A stretch of DNA of 63,273 bases, the filler included, from Octopus bimaculoides (lineage: Eukaryota), in assembly GCF_001194135.2 (NCBI RefSeq). It is 5 parts of 4 records of this genome, joined end to end, with 100 filler letters (N's around TTAATTAATTAA, not from the genome) between each part and the next. Parts side by side here need not be neighbours in the genome. Positions count along the whole stretch, not along the records: positions 1 to 23,299 come from NC_068991.1; 4 more parts are not named here. The stretch is one strand, 5' to 3'. The position numbers and the translations under genes were made by a program. Below the pieces are notes generated by a model that saw only the letters and a list, made by a program, of their open reading frames with translations, ran no database searches and was not told where the DNA came from. Of the stretch, positions 1 through 13,812 are shown piece after piece (positions within the stretch are counted from its first letter, which is position 1; every line of letters begins with the position of its first letter).

Positions 1-1221
1 ATATATATATATATATATATATAGAAAGTAATGATTGAGAGAGCTAGAAAGATAAAATTCTCTTACGTATTTCTTTCGCACTAATCTTTATATTCGACGC
101 GACAAACACACTTTACAATGCTCATTACTTTACCTTGTTAACATCTTCTTTATAGTTTTTATCTTTCTCTTTTTTATTTCCTTCTTACCTTCTCCGGTCT
201 GCTATGTTTTATGCTATGCCAAGCGTTTGCTGTGTATCTCTAAAATCGGTTGACCTATCGCATTTCTTTCTCACTCTTACTTTTTGTCTTTGTTAGATAC
301 CAAATTATCTTTGATCTTGCCTCCATAGTTAGTTTATCTAACTTTTGATTTTATAACCAACCTTATTTGTTACTACCGTTAATTGACGACTTTTAATTAC
401 TAACTTCTCTTCAGTCACCCCACTCTTCTCCTCTCCTCTTCCCCTTTATACTTCTTACTACAACTCCTCCGCTACCCTTCATACCTTTCTTTTCTTATAT
501 ATATATATATATATATATATNNNNNNNNNNNNNNNNNNNNNNNNNNNNNNNNNNNNNNNNNNNNNNNNNNNNNNNNNNNNNNNNNNNNNNNNNNNNNNNN
601 NNNNNNNNNNNNNNNNNNNNNNNNNNNNNNNNNNNNNNNNNNNNNNNNNNNNNNNNNNNNNNNNNNNNNNNNNNNNNNNNNNNNNNNNNNNNNNNNNNNN
701 NNNNNNNNNNNNNNNNNNNNNNNNNNNNNNNNNNNNNNNNNNNNNNNNNNNNNNNNNNNNNNNNNNNNNNNNNNNNNNNNNNNNNNNNNNNNNNNNNNNN
801 NNNNNNNNNNNNNNNNNNNNNNNNNNNNNNNNNNNNNNNNNNNNNNNNNNNNNNNNNNNNNNNNNNNNNNNNNNNNNNNNNNNNNNNNNNNNNNNNNNNN
901 NNNNNNNNNNNNNNNNNNNNNNNNNNNNNNNNNNNNNNNNNNNNNNNNNNNNNNNNNNNNNNNNNNNNNNNNNNNNNNNNNNNNNNNNNNNNNNNNNNNN
1001 NNNNNNNNNNNNNNNNNNNNNNNNNNNNNNNNNNNNNNNNNNNNNNNNNNNNNNNNNNNNNNNNNNNNNNNNNNNNNNNNNNNNNNNNNNNNNNNNNNNN
1101 NNNNNNNNNNNNNNNNNNNNNNNNNNNNNNNNNNNNNNNNNNNNNNNNNNNNNNNNNNNNNNNNNNNNNNNNNNNNNNNNNNNNNNNNNNNNNNNNNNNN
1201 NNNNNNNNNNNNNNNNNNNNN

Positions 1222-1288
<67 letters not shown>

Positions 1289-1699
1289 CACACACACACA
1301 CACATATCCCCACACACGCGCGCATAGATACATGCGGACATATGGTTATATTGAAAGTCCATCACTCAGTGTATTATTTATTTCTATAATTTGCGATGTA
1401 AGGTATATCTTACTGGTGTGTGTTTCCGAATTTTATGCAAAAACAGATTAAAATATGTGCGAGTGGTGAGCCTTTTCTTCTGCCATTCAGTTGTCTACAT
1501 GTGGTGATGCACTGATCGAAATATGTTACTTAGATATAAAATCCATTCATCTGAAAACTTTGAGATGAAAATCTCTTGTAATTATGTTTTGTCTGCTGCT
1601 ATAGAACTGTCCGGGGAAAAGCTTCGCTTGGATTTCGTTCCATTTAGCGTCAGAGGAGTAGGAAAAACCGAGATTTATGTGCATGGTTTACACTTTTCG

Positions 1700-2030
1700 C
1701 TTATGACGGCCCATCGAAGGTGATGACAGCGACGATCCAAGACAGTCCTCATCCTCCGCCTCCGGCGCATTACTTCTCATGGGAGCGGACGTAACTGAAA
1801 AGACCGATACGAGATAGGTAGATCCTGTGACACTGAGAGCACTGAAAGTGACACCGAACAACATCTGCAAGGGGTTGATGACAACGTCTCCTCCTCTCTT
1901 CATGCAGTGTCCTGTGTTCGGTTTCCAAGCGCTCTGCTCCAGCATCACACACGGACCTCCATGCCTTCTGATTAACAACCAGGGGATGTACACCGCATAA
2001 AATGAGTGATCACTTAAGATGATCAAGAAA
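1700..2030 (-). mobile_element. RTE-clade LINE 3' end fragment
   Basis: The minus-strand frame ends CSQCHRIYLSRIGLFSYVRSHEK*, matching the C-terminal C2H2-like motif (CxxC...SRIGLxSHxRxH) of RTE/BovB-like ORFs, followed by a short 3' UTR. Confidence 0.75.
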
Positions 2031-4822
2031 ACGAAGTTTTGGACGTCTATGAGTCTTACTTCCAGTCTCGATCTCGTTGAAGAGGACCATTTTTAAGAGC
2101 AGATTAATCACATAGGAATTTTATAAACAACCCAGGAGAGAAGATGACGAAGAATAATATGTACATAGATAATATCAATAATTTGGTGGGGTTAAAATAC
2201 AATTAATGTATAAGGAGTATAACTATAAAAATGAAGAGCGAAATTGTGATTCTTGGTATTGAACCTGCTGCGGGTGGATAAAAGATGTTCATAACAAAAC
2301 CAACGTTGTCTGTATCCAATGATTTATCAAACATCACATCAACTCCGGCAGCTTTAATCAAAGACCAACTAATACATCTTATCATTTTCTCCTACCAAAA
2401 TTCATCTTCTATGGAATTTGAAATAACAAAAATAATCAGATATAACCTTGTAATGCAAGATGTACCTTGCATTATATTTCAAATTATACACAGACTATTG
2501 TGCAATCCATTATTATAAAATAGTCAATTCTGGACAATTCAGAAGCCATATATTCCACAAACTGTGGCTTGCCGTTGGCTTTTTAATGGCTTTTTTTTAA
2601 TAAAAGCATGTTTTTAACTTGATCTGATATTCTCCAATTATCAATTATCAATATCTAAACAACCATTTTATTTGTAATTGAACTGTTAACATCTTTTTAT
2701 CGATATCCGGTTTATTGAGTTTGACATGGCCTTTATCTGTTAGACAAAGAGAAAGAGTAATAATTTTGTCCCAAAAGAATAAATGAAGTCCAAATCGACG
2801 TTAATTTCTAACAGACGATTATCAAAGGATGGAAGAAGAGAATTTTATAAACACTGCATTGTGTAGTTTCGAGTAGCTCTTAAGGAAAAAGCTCTTTTGT
2901 TCCATAAAGTGGAATCTTTGGACAAGTATTTCAGAATTATTCGGTAATTGATCTATTCAGAGACACCAGACAAATAGATACAAGAAGTGGAAAGGGCGCC
3001 AAGAAGCTTAGAGCTGTTGAATGAAATGATTAGTCAAGAATGAGGATGAGTTCGTAACGAGAATAAAATAGGGTTTAGGTTCTATAGTGCTTTGTTGTCT
3101 ATTTTCAAGGCTGATAAGTTGAACAAACCAACAGAGAGCAATTGTTACTGAGGGAATTTAAATTCAAAACTAATTCGAAGAGTCATTTATAAATTATCAA
3201 ATCAATAAGGACTTACATAAGATTTGTGTCTGTTTATATTTCTATCTGTTGGTACGTGAGTTAAAAGTCATCTATTAATCGTTAATGGCTGTCGAGTCAT
3301 TGGTGTGTTGTATGCAATAGCATCCTGACATTTAGTAACTAAATAGTTCTAAACGGCATGTCGCTATATCTGATCATTTTACCTGAACAGGTAATATTTA
3401 CACAGTACAGTTATGCAAATTTGGCTCACAGAAAGAATTAGGTCGGGTGTAGAAATGTTTAGTAATTTGAATTCAGTAGCAGATGGCTGATTGCGTCATG
3501 TCATATTCGCTTGGGTGTTTCACTTCAATACACAGGAAAATATGCATCGTAGATTTCAATGAGGTAAATATTCTAAAATATTCTAATTTATAAAGACACT
3601 CCAACCATTATAAATACATCACATTGTAATTTCTCCTAAGAAACGTATAAATCGAAACTTCATGAATAAAACGTATGAATCCAGTGGAATACATCGATAT
3701 ATTCAAAGACTGATTTTTGTCTGAATTTCTGACATAAATTACACCTCTCTAGGCACGAGTATCAAAACTGCACATACAGCTTGTTATAAATTATACATAA
3801 TACTGCTTTTATGAGCCTGTGTGTCAGTATATTTATACACACACATACATAAGTACGTATATACTGATACATACATACATACATACGAACATGAGTACTT
3901 ACAGATGCATATATACGTATGTGTTTATGTGTGTGTGAATGTGTGTGTGCGCGCGTAAGTATGAATGTATATAAATAATATTCATTAATCATACCCATCT
4001 CCGTATATGCTCATCTCTCTATCAATCTCTGTATCTCTCTTCATATCTGTATGTATATAGATATATGTGCCTGTGTGCGTAATATGCATCTACATATACT
4101 TATGTATGTGTATACACGTATATATAAATATGTACGTGTGTGTGTATTTGTGTGTGTGTATGTGTGTGTGTATGTGTGTGTCTGCATATATTTATGTATA
4201 GTAATTAATATTAATTCTTAATGCACAATTCTACATCAAGGTTGAATAGAAAACAATTAAAATAAAAATCACCAAATATTTTCTATGCCTTTAAGTCTTT
4301 GAGTCAAAGAAATTCCTTTGAATAATGTTGAATAGAAATGATTACTTCTTTATTGTTCCTATTAAGTCGTCGGATCGTTCTTCCAATGTTCTCCCAGCAT
4401 TTCTTCTCGCAGACCTCCATTGTACATTATTTTACTTATTCTGGGTAAAAACTCTTCTTTGGAACACAAAAAGGAAAGAATTCAACCGCCATCATCATAT
4501 TCCCTTTACTTACTGTGTTGCAGAATGAATGTAAAATAATGATTGATTTTTTCAATATTGATTTATAGTGATATCAATACAAGGCTTCATATGACAGAAA
4601 AAATACTCTTGTGGCATTCATACTTTTCTTAATCTATCTGAAGTAAAAAAATAAAAATACTACAATGTGCCTTACCTCTACTCTGCGACATTCTCAAAGT
4701 GACATAATGGAGGCAAATGGTTCAAGATTTATTGTAAAAATGTAAGTATTGGGGTATTACGTAAAATTGTTATAATTATCCATCAAATGAGATATTCGTC
4801 TTTAATAAAACAAAATATTGGT

Positions 4823-6081
4823 TACCACGTCACAAAATTCAATATGTATTTTCGACAGCAATAGGATATCGTGACATTCAAATCTTTTTTTTTTTTTTAA
4901 GCATTAGCGGTGTTAGCGAAAAGTGATTGTTGGTCAAAATATACCCCAGTGTATTTTATTGTCTGTTGCCAGAAGCTCAATTCCACATTTATAGCATTTG
5001 GCTGGTTTAGAGGCAAAAAACTCTCTGCACTCTCTTTTCAACCTCATCTACATTGTTGAACCTTCATCCGTGCAAGAAATGAGACATGGCTCGGAAAAGA
5101 TGGTAATCTGATAGTGCAGGGTATGGACTGTAGGCAGGGTGAGGTAGCACTTGCAGCCCCTCATGCTCCTCAAGTTTGCTCTTGGTTACATTGACACTGT
5201 ATGCTGGGGCATTGTCATGCTGTAGGAGTGCGCGTCGTTCGATTATCTAATACCGGTTAGCGGGCTTTCAAAACATCATATACTCGCTTCAGTTGTTGAG
5301 CAGTTAGCGTTCACAGTATGACTATCTGGGACAAGCTCAAAGTGTAACATCCCTTCAAAATTCCATCAAACACACAACACAACCTTTTGCTCAAACTGCC
5401 CTTGCTTGATAACAGGTTCTGAAGCCTGGCCGGAACGAAGCCACTGACTTCTATTAACAAGATTACGAAAATAAATCCAATTTTCATCCCCAGATACGAC
5501 TCGTTACAAAAATCGGACATCTCTAGGATTTATCAGCAGCTGTTTGCAAATGTTCCCACGTTGCCATTGAGCTTGGTCATTGGTCAGTTCAAGAGAAGCT
5601 TTTCGACAGCGTCTTCTCACAAGGCCGAGCTTATAGAGGTGTCGATTGATGGTGCTTTGTGAAGGACCAAGTTCTGCTGACAATGTTCGAGTGCTTGTGT
5701 TTGGTTGTTGTTCAAGCTTGGTTTATCTTCGAGGCTGGTGTCACCTTCCTTGAAATGTCTGAACCAGTTTTGTGTCACACGTTCATTGACAGGTCATGGG
5801 CCTTCCGCATCATCAATTTCTTTTACCACTGTCCTTGCACTCAGTCCTTTGTTTTTTTTTTTGTTTTTTTCACAGGTTATGTAAAATGGTTCTAATTGTC
5901 ATTTTTTTTCACTACTCATTATCAACGCTGTAAAATAAAAAATAAACATTTTTTTTTTTAAATATGAAAATAATGAATAAACAATTCAGCAACGATTGAA
6001 GTTAATAAATATAACATGGAGATCACAAGTTGCCAAAAATCATCAGTGATAATCCGAAAAAACATTTGACTCAACCTGGTA
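4823..6081 (-). mobile_element. Decayed near-full-length mariner transposon (DD34D transposase pseudogene about 4926-5847)
   Basis: Minus-strand frames give NERVTQNWFRHFKEGDTSLED, RVVSGDENWIY, LLQHDNAPAY, LPHPAYSPYPALSDYHLF, with stops and frameshifts. The termini (taccaggttgagtc at 6081, degenerate taccacgt at 4823) are tentative. Confidence 0.85.
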
Positions 6082-7599
6082 GTACAAATATATAAGTGAT
6101 GTATGTTTAAAGAACATAAACTACCAAAGGAAATCACTTATTCTGTATCAAAGATAGCAGACTCGTGAGAAATGTCTCATTAATAATACAGAAATATAGA
6201 AATGAGCAAACCATAAAATATTACAATCTATGATCGTGTAGGAATATCAGACTGAGCTGAAAAATGTAATTGTGCGTTTGTTAAATGCTAAGCTAACATA
6301 TAACCTAACACTTTAACATAATCAGCTAGTATATAGTCACGTTATGTGTGTGTGAATGCATATATTGTGCCTCTGTGTGTGTGTGTGTGTGTGTGCCTGT
6401 GTGTGCGCGCGTGCGTGCGTTTGTGTGTGTGTGTGTGTGTGTGTGTTATTAGTATTGTTATTTATTTATTCAAAGCTAAGTCTTAGTGAATACTCTTCGG
6501 TGTTTCTGATGTTTCCCGTTACTCAGGTGACTGCTATAGTAGTTTTTGAAGCATGTCAGGTACATTCTCATATGTGTTGAAATATTTAACAAGACAAAAA
6601 GAAAAAGAAAGAAAGAAAGAAAAGAAAAATTCAGAAGTGCAATTATATTTTGCGCATCACATGACTGAAAACTAGCCAACCAATATTTGTATAAATTAGT
6701 TTTCGCACGTGAACGTAGGGGACTTTCTGGAGCCAACCTGTCATTATTTAAGCTACAGCATTTTTCATTATTGACATAGCTGTCTTGTTGCCATTTAAAT
6801 CTCCTTCGTTCACCGCATTACTCTAACATTTCCCTCATGCCACTTATAAAAATTCCTTACGCAACAATTTCCTAACATTTCCTCTGACAAATGCATCACT
6901 GTTTAATGAATACAGTCTTTTTTGACGCCACAGTTGAACTTACAGTATCTTTTGTACGTAACTTTTACTACTTCGCTTATTTTATGGTAAAAACTTTACT
7001 GCAAAATAAGTAAAAATAAGTAACGCCATAAAACTTTAAAATAACACTGCAAGTTTTACAGTATCACTGAAAACATTGGCTATCATCTTTAGTAAGCATT
7101 CATATTCTATTTTTCTTTTATATATAGGGTAGCAAATATTTTTTCCTTGTGATCCCACGCAACAATATCTGGCCGGTTGTGTTTTCATTTGGTGACTGTT
7201 TTAATTTTAATTTTCAAGTTTCAACAATATATTTTTGAATCAGCAATTTCAAGAGATTCAAATTCGTCTGTTGAAGTTTTCTTTTTTGTTATCCTGTTCC
7301 AGATTGTTCTGACCACTGCATCATGCCACATGTATGTATGTATGTATGTATGTATGTATGTATGTATGTAGGTAGGTACTATGCATGTATGTACAGCATA
7401 AACAAATAGAAAAGACGAAAAGAAACGAGCTGAACGGCTGATGTTGATCTTAAGTCAAACTCAGTCGCAAAAGGGAGAATACTGTCCGTTTGTGCTTTGG
7501 AAATTAAGAATAAGCTACTCTTATGTCTACAAATACGAAGAACAGGAACATTTTATTAAGTGGGAAGAAAAGCAATCATATACAGAAAATAGGAAACAG

Positions 7600-8610
7600 G
7601 GAAAATAAATGAATATTGACATCCAGCGAATATCTGAAACTAGCTGAACAGATGATGGTAAATTGTAAGAAAAAATTACATAATACTGTATTCTGACGGG
7701 AAAGAGTCATAATGAAAAACGCTATAGCAAAATCCTTAACAAAGATAGCGAACAAATACAGCCGGAATGATAATGAGGAAGTTACCAGGAAAAACCTTTC
7801 AATATCGTCAGATATGATACACTCCTACACAATGACGCAGTGATAGAGAGATTGAAGAATTCTACAAACAAATTTTTTTTTTTAAATGTAATGAAAATGT
7901 CAATCGATAAAGAAACATTAATATTTCACCCAGAAAAAAATCATTAGAATATTAAAGTTATTATGAATTGTCCACTGTACTATAAGGAGTTGAGATATGG
8001 GCATTAACAACAGCAATATCAAATGGATACAAGACTTTGAGATGTAGGCGTATAGAAGAGTTTTGAGAACATCGTGAACAAAACACGAAGTCAATGGTAA
8101 AGAAATAAGAATGGTAAAAACTAAGAAAATTTTATTAAATACTGTCAAAGAGAAAAACTAAAATATTCAGGGTATTTAATGGGGAACAAATACTTTACGG
8201 ACTGTTTTCGTGGCCGACAAGGGGAGTAGGAAGAAAGGAAGAGGGAAACTAAGAATAACATGGTTGGATAATATCGATTTCAAATTTTGGCACAGGGCCA
8301 GCAACTTCGGGGGAGAGAGTAAGTCGATTATATCGACCCCAGAGATCAACTGGTACCCTTTTTATCGATCCCGAAAAGATGAAAGGCAAAGTTAGCATCG
8401 GCGGGATTTGAACTCAGAACGTAAAGACGGACGAAATGCCGCTTAGCATTTTGCCCGGCGTGCTAACGATTCTGCCAGCTCACCGCTTTATGGTTGGATA
8501 GTATCAAGAATTGGACAGATAAATATATGAAAACAGAAAGACTGGAATTATATTGGACCTGCTGAGAGCAACCAATATCTAATGATGCTGATGATGACAA
8601 TGACGAAACT
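7600..8610 (+). mobile_element. Highly decayed RTE-like LINE 3' region, interrupted by a SINE
   Basis: Residual AFEM*AYRRVLRTS*TK, KREKLKYSG and RKKGRGKLRITWLD|SIKNWT motifs typical of the RTE RT C-terminal region. Confidence 0.6.
8276..8489 (-). mobile_element. tRNA-derived SINE, family A
   Basis: Head aagcggtgagctggcagaatcgttagc (A-box-like), B box GAGTTCAAATC. 16-bp TSD atggttggata(a/g)tatc at 8260-8275 and 8490-8505. Confidence 0.9.
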
Positions 8611-9319
8611 TCAGAATTAACTAAAAAAAACATGAATCAATTCGAATTTCTATAGACTCAGCCGAGACTTCTGACAATGACGATCCCAGTTTTCTATATT
8701 TATTGTTATCAATTATAGTTATCTTTTAATTTTTTTTTATACGAGAAACGTTGGCCACCCAATTGATGTGACTAGACTATTCAATCATCAATAAAATGGG
8801 TCGAAGAACTTCGTCATAGATATCGATATCTTTTACAATTGTATTTAGTTACTTTGATCAATGATAACTTTCTTCTATGCTTACCAATTCTTCATTGTCT
8901 ATGTTTCTATATAGGACAGTATCAATTAGAATGCGTGAATGTGTGATTGAAAGTTCATATATAAACCAAAAATTTATGTTGTGTGGTGTTTGATATACCT
9001 GTATTTGTTTGTGTTGTTCATATACATACTGCAGGCCACTCTGAGTTATTTCTCTTGGTTCATTTTGTTTAATTTATACAAATTACCTCAGCCATCAATG
9101 TGTTCTGCTCTTCTTCGTGTATTTCTAAGTCCCTCAAGTACCTGAGATAAGGTAAGATAACTGTTGTGCAGGTGATGCTAATTCAGGCAGAAGCATGTCT
9201 CCATGATTGTTCTCTTATCTCCAAACAATAAACCTGTCCTTTTCTTTAATAGCATGTCAAGTCTGGAGAAATCTTAACTCTCGAGATTGTCTTCCCTTCT
9301 CAAGTGGAGCTGGTATTAA

Positions 9320-9557
9320 TTTCTTATTTCTTTATTGCCCACAAGGAGCTAAACATAGAGGGGACAAACAAGGACAGACAAACGGATTAAGTCGATTACA
9401 TCAACCAAAGTGCGTAACTGGTACTTAATTTATCGACCCCGAAAGGATGAAAGGCAAAGTCGACCTCGGCGGAATTTGAACTCAGAACGTAACGGCAGAC
9501 GAAATACCGCTAAGCATTTCGCCCGGCGTGCTAACGTTTTTGCCAGCTCACCGCCTT
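9320..9557 (-). mobile_element. SINE family A
   Basis: Same head and body as other family A copies; variant 3' tail. Confidence 0.9.
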
Positions 9558-11137
9558 CACTGCCCGTTTGTGGTATTAATTTTTATTTGGTAATTATGAC
9601 ATCCTCCAGAGTCGGAGATAATTTTAATAAACCAAGAATTTTTGTTGCATGGGATTTGATACACAACATATACCAAACAATACGTTCCTATTCTTCGCGT
9701 TTTTAGACTCTGTTCCTAATTTTCAGAGCAACTCACTTGGACAGTAATTTCTCATTTATAAATGATTTTGAGTTTCAATCCTATTCTGTTCACTGAGAAG
9801 TTCGTCTTTTCTCTGTAGTTCATACCTGGATCAATTGTAGAGAAGCTCAGTTACGTCATAGTTTTCTTGTTATCTTCTACTGCTATCCATGGTTAACTAA
9901 GGTAATGTAAATGATTTCCAAATCCCATCCACAGAAGCTGGTCACAAGTCTCTTTTCCTCTGGAGAGTGCCAAGGATGTGCTCATATCTTGCTTGCAAAC
10001 CCTCAGACCTTTGGCCTGATTCCTCTACCTCTCAAGCCATTCCAGTAATTGCGACTGTAAATTCCGTAAAAGGCCAGAAGAATTTGCTGAACGTGTACGA
10101 ATTTGATATGAAGTCATTGTGGAAATGGTGGTGTAACCGCCAAAACTGCTGGTTTTATACTTATTATGGTGATGAAGTCTCGAACTGAGTTGGAAATATT
10201 TGCATGAAGAGTTTAACAAACCTATTAGATTCCTTGAAATTTGCACAGTGGCCTCTATCATCGATTCCGTGAGTGATAGCGGATATTTACATCAACCGGT
10301 ACACAAACAGGTACAAAACTGCAGCAAATAGGGCTGCATATATTTTCGTAATCTGATTCAAAGCAAGTACACAGCGCAAGTAAATTTACGTCAACCGGTG
10401 TTATGGGGTTAAAAAACTAACTAGAAATAATGAAATTTCTTGGAAGTTCATCGCAGAAAGAGCATCGATCTTTTGTCCAGGAGAATTAAATAGGTTATTG
10501 CTATTTGCAGCGTACATAAACTAGGACTCAGCTAAACTAGTTAGATATACACTGATTTTGTGGATTAATTTATTTATAGTGCGCTACAGAACGTTTTCAG
10601 ATAAATTGAAATGTAAGCCATTACTTTTTTATTAACTTGCAATTTTCATCTTCCTTTGAAAAGTTAAAAAATTGGCTACGCTCCACATTTTTAAATATCT
10701 TTTTTGGCAAAAAAAATCACTGGGATCGACCAGATAAGTTTTTAGATTTCTTTGACCCTCATCAGATAAAGAATACCAATCTATTTCTGGTTGATAGATT
10801 TGTGTCATACATCACTTGTATACAAACAAGAGATCGGTTAAAAGGACCAGTATATTTTGCTTAATAGCTCATGCACCTACAGCATGACGTAATTCATTAC
10901 TTTATAGTGTAGCACACGCTATTTCTCGATTGCTTCAAATGTAAGATATAACTGGTTTAATATGTATCACAGTCTTTAATGATGTATTATTAAAGATGAT
11001 TTAGTGCAACAAGATAATTTTGGTTTTTTTTTTACCGATTCTATTTAATTATAATAACCAAAGCCAGTTTGTTTTTCTCTGAAGAAAAATAAATAGTTTA
11101 TATTTTTAATACAAATTGTCATTTTTAAACATAAAAA

Positions 11138-11163
11138 CTAATTATTTTTGTTTTCTCTTTCAG
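11138..11163 (+). promoter_or_regulatory. 3' splice site of the THIK intron (branch point, polypyrimidine tract, AG)
   Basis: CTAAT at 11138-11142, then tttttgttttctcttt and CAG at 11161-11163. The intron interrupts the first-pore GFG glycine codon. Confidence 0.85.
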
Positions 11164-12065
11164 GTTTTGGTATGACAACACCAAGCACACCTAATGGGAA
11201 AATTCTTTTAATTTTCTATGGATTTTTCGGCTGTGCAGGTGCCATTTTATTTTTTAACTTATTTCTTGAACGAATCATTACATTCTTGGCACATATCTTA
11301 AAAGGTATTCATGAAAAAAGCCAGCGCCAAAAGTCCAGCCAGGTTTCTGAGAAACACGACAGTGAAAGGCGAGATTCATCTGTTTCAGAAGATAGTTTAG
11401 ATGCATGGAAACCCTCCGTATATTGGGTTATGCTTATCCTTCTCTGTGGTGCCATTTTGGTTGCTTGCTGTGCTTCAGCTATGTATCATTCCGTCGAAAA
11501 CTGGAGCTACTTTGAATCGATATATTTTTGCTTTGTTGCCTTTTCTACAATTGGCTTCGGAGATTATACAGTGAGTCAAAAAACCCAGTATGACTACATT
11601 CACTTGTATCGACTTGGAAATTTTGTATTTATTATTATAGGATGCTGTTGTATATACAGCTTATTTAATGTGGCCTCTATTATCATAAAGCAATTTTTAA
11701 ACTGGATTTTACGTAAATTAAACTGTCGCTGTCAATGTCGTAGAGAAATACCGACATTTCGGGCCAGACGCAACGCTATTACTCCTGGAATACGACAGAG
11801 TCAACGTAAGGCCAAATCAGACAGTGTAACAATGGTAGATGTAGATTATGACAGTGATAATGAATATCGACGTACGTCTGGGGAAATGATATCGATGCAT
11901 GATTTCTTGCAAGCTAAAAATATTAATATTGCCATGATGCAAAAACGTCTTTGGGAAACAGCACAGCGTGGCATGTTACAACAAGCTCAAAACGAAAGTG
12001 GATTCCATGGCGGTGTTGGGCCTCTTGCCATATTGAACAGAAAACTCGGTAAAGATGAGATATGA
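11164..12065 (+). CDS. KCNK13: Terminal coding exon of a two-pore-domain K+ channel, THIK subfamily (KCNK12/KCNK13-like)
   Basis: Translation (G)FGMTTPSTPNGKILLIFYGFFGC...LFFNLFLERIIT...WKPSVYWVMLIL...ENWSYFESIYFCFVAFSTIGFGD...GCCCIYSLFNV...SGEMISMHDFL...GGVGPLAILNRKL closely follows human THIK-1 from pore 1 (TIG|FG) to the C-terminus (recalled sequence). Phase-1 acceptor tttcag|GT at 11163/11164; stop TGA 12063-12065. The KCNK12 versus KCNK13 assignment is not resolvable; it is likely a single invertebrate co-orthologue. Confidence 0.95.
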
Positions 12066-13381
12066 TCAGAAACTTAACAAATATTTTAGTCACTTTATTT
12101 AATCAAAAATATAAACATTTGAGGCTAACATTGACACGTTAAAATAGCTTGATATGATAACAGAAATTTCTCACCACAAAATTCGATGCTTCCAGACAAG
12201 AAACTGTTAATTTCTTGTGCTTCAGAATATTTAATTTCTTACAAAATATCGACACCTTTGAGACAATAAAATTTAACTTGACCGAAAGGCTTATTTTTCA
12301 GAAAGAAAAAAAAACATTTTTAGAATGAAAAACTAATTAACTAAACGGCAGAAGAAAAGAAATGTTTTTAGTTTTTGTGTTAATATATGGTTCATACATT
12401 GAATGTGTGATTTTTTAATTGTTAATTGAAGGTTAGTTAATGAAATTTTTATCTTGGAATATTGTTGTAAGAGAAAACAGGTTTGGGGTTAGGTTTTTAT
12501 TTTAAAAAATCATTATTATGTTTAATTAAAACTGAGTGTTGCTGCTAAAACATATGTGATCTAAATATTCCTATGAGTGGCGTGTTCACTCTTAGTCAAA
12601 TTTCAACAGAAATTTGTTATTGATTTATTTACACCCAAACTTCGCCACGAAAATCACGACTCGTAAATTTCCAATAATAATTTTTTTAAGCGTAATGGAA
12701 TATGGTTTTTCCTTAGCTTTATGATTCAATGATGTTCATTTGAATATAATGAAATAAAATGAGATTATATTAATACGGTATAAATTGAAGATGATGTACT
12801 AATGATTGCGTTATCAGATTTGGAAATATCTTTTGACAGAATAATACCAGTCAAAAGATGTGATTTGAAATATTAACTCTGTATTATTAATCAAGAAAAT
12901 TTACAAGTAAATGAATGAATGTGTTTGCATGAGTGTGTATGGGTGTTTGTAGTTATGTTAATGAGAACGAAAATCACTCAATAGCGTTTAAAACAAAGAA
13001 AATATTATTACATCTCAAAAGCGTCTTTGAGGCACAAAATGTTAGTAAAACTGTAAAGTCCCAAATCCCTACAAGCTCTACAAACTCACATCATCTTGAT
13101 TGGATGCAATATTTCTATATTTGATTATTTTTATACAAATCATAATGTTACTCCCCACTTTAGAAGTTTGGTTTTTTTTTCTAAGGAATGCATGAACATG
13201 TGAAATTTAATCGATTATATCAAAAGAAAATCAGTTTGTCATTAAAGATTTCATTTCGGGACTTTAAGATGTTATTCTAAAGGAAGCTTAGTTTAATCCC
13301 CATAGAGAAGTATATTTTTGTAAGTAGATCAATTAAATAATTGGCAAATGAAGGTTTTGTTCAACTTGTAAAAATAATAAA
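12066..13381 (+). other. Probable 3' UTR of the THIK gene, with candidate poly(A) signals
   Basis: AT-rich stretch with no recognisable repeat after the stop; AATAAA at 12265-12270 and 13376-13381. The true 3' end is unknown. Confidence 0.4.
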
Positions 13382-13727
13382 ACTTTATTTAAGCTTCCTG
13401 CGATATAGAAACTGTAACCAAATGTTTGAGATAAGACAGTGTAAGCTTTAACTTTGTATATTTATGCCGCCCTTGACTTTTTCAATCCTTGGAAAATATT
13501 TAGTGGAGGATTTCGAGACTATTTCCAGCCTGGCGATGTCGATCATTCTTCCAAATTGATAAATATTACATCTGGCTGTTATTTTTGTTAGAAAATTCAT
13601 CATATTCGACGGTGTTAAACTTCAGGGATATCTAACTATGTACTGCTACCGTTGGTTCTAAAATCTATTGCTGTGCCTGAGCATTGATTAATTTTAAAAC
13701 ATTTCGTAAAAAAAATTCTCTCTCATA

Positions 13728-13742
13728 TTATTATTATTATTA

Positions 13743-13810
<68 letters not shown>
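13728..13810. repeat. (TTA)n microsatellite
   Basis: Pure TTA run directly upstream of a SINE. Confidence 0.95.

Positions 13811-13812
<2 letters not shown>

Noticed and set aside
472-1365. Long ORFs spanning N runs or microsatellites (also 20.6-21.0, 29.0-30.5, 33.2-33.9, 41.8-42.8, 48.3-48.9 kb)
   Set aside because: They are translations of gaps and (TA)/(CA)/(GA)/(GATA) repeats, not proteins.
8588-8612. CTGATGA...GAAA as a hammerhead
   Set aside because: No stem II pairing and no stem III/NUH; it is part of a (GAT)n-like RTE tail.
10290-10412. piggyBac-like right end (ggggTTAA)
   Set aside because: No matching left TIR or transposase remnant was found.
1-11137. First coding exon of the THIK gene
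   Set aside because: No M1/cap/P1 sequence (e.g. WDFxGAFYF) is recognisable in the ORF track; it is probably upstream of the window or in a gap.
11148-11163. TTG start of the 305-aa ORF
   Set aside because: It lies in the polypyrimidine tract; the protein is missing M1 and pore 1, so this is an internal splice acceptor.
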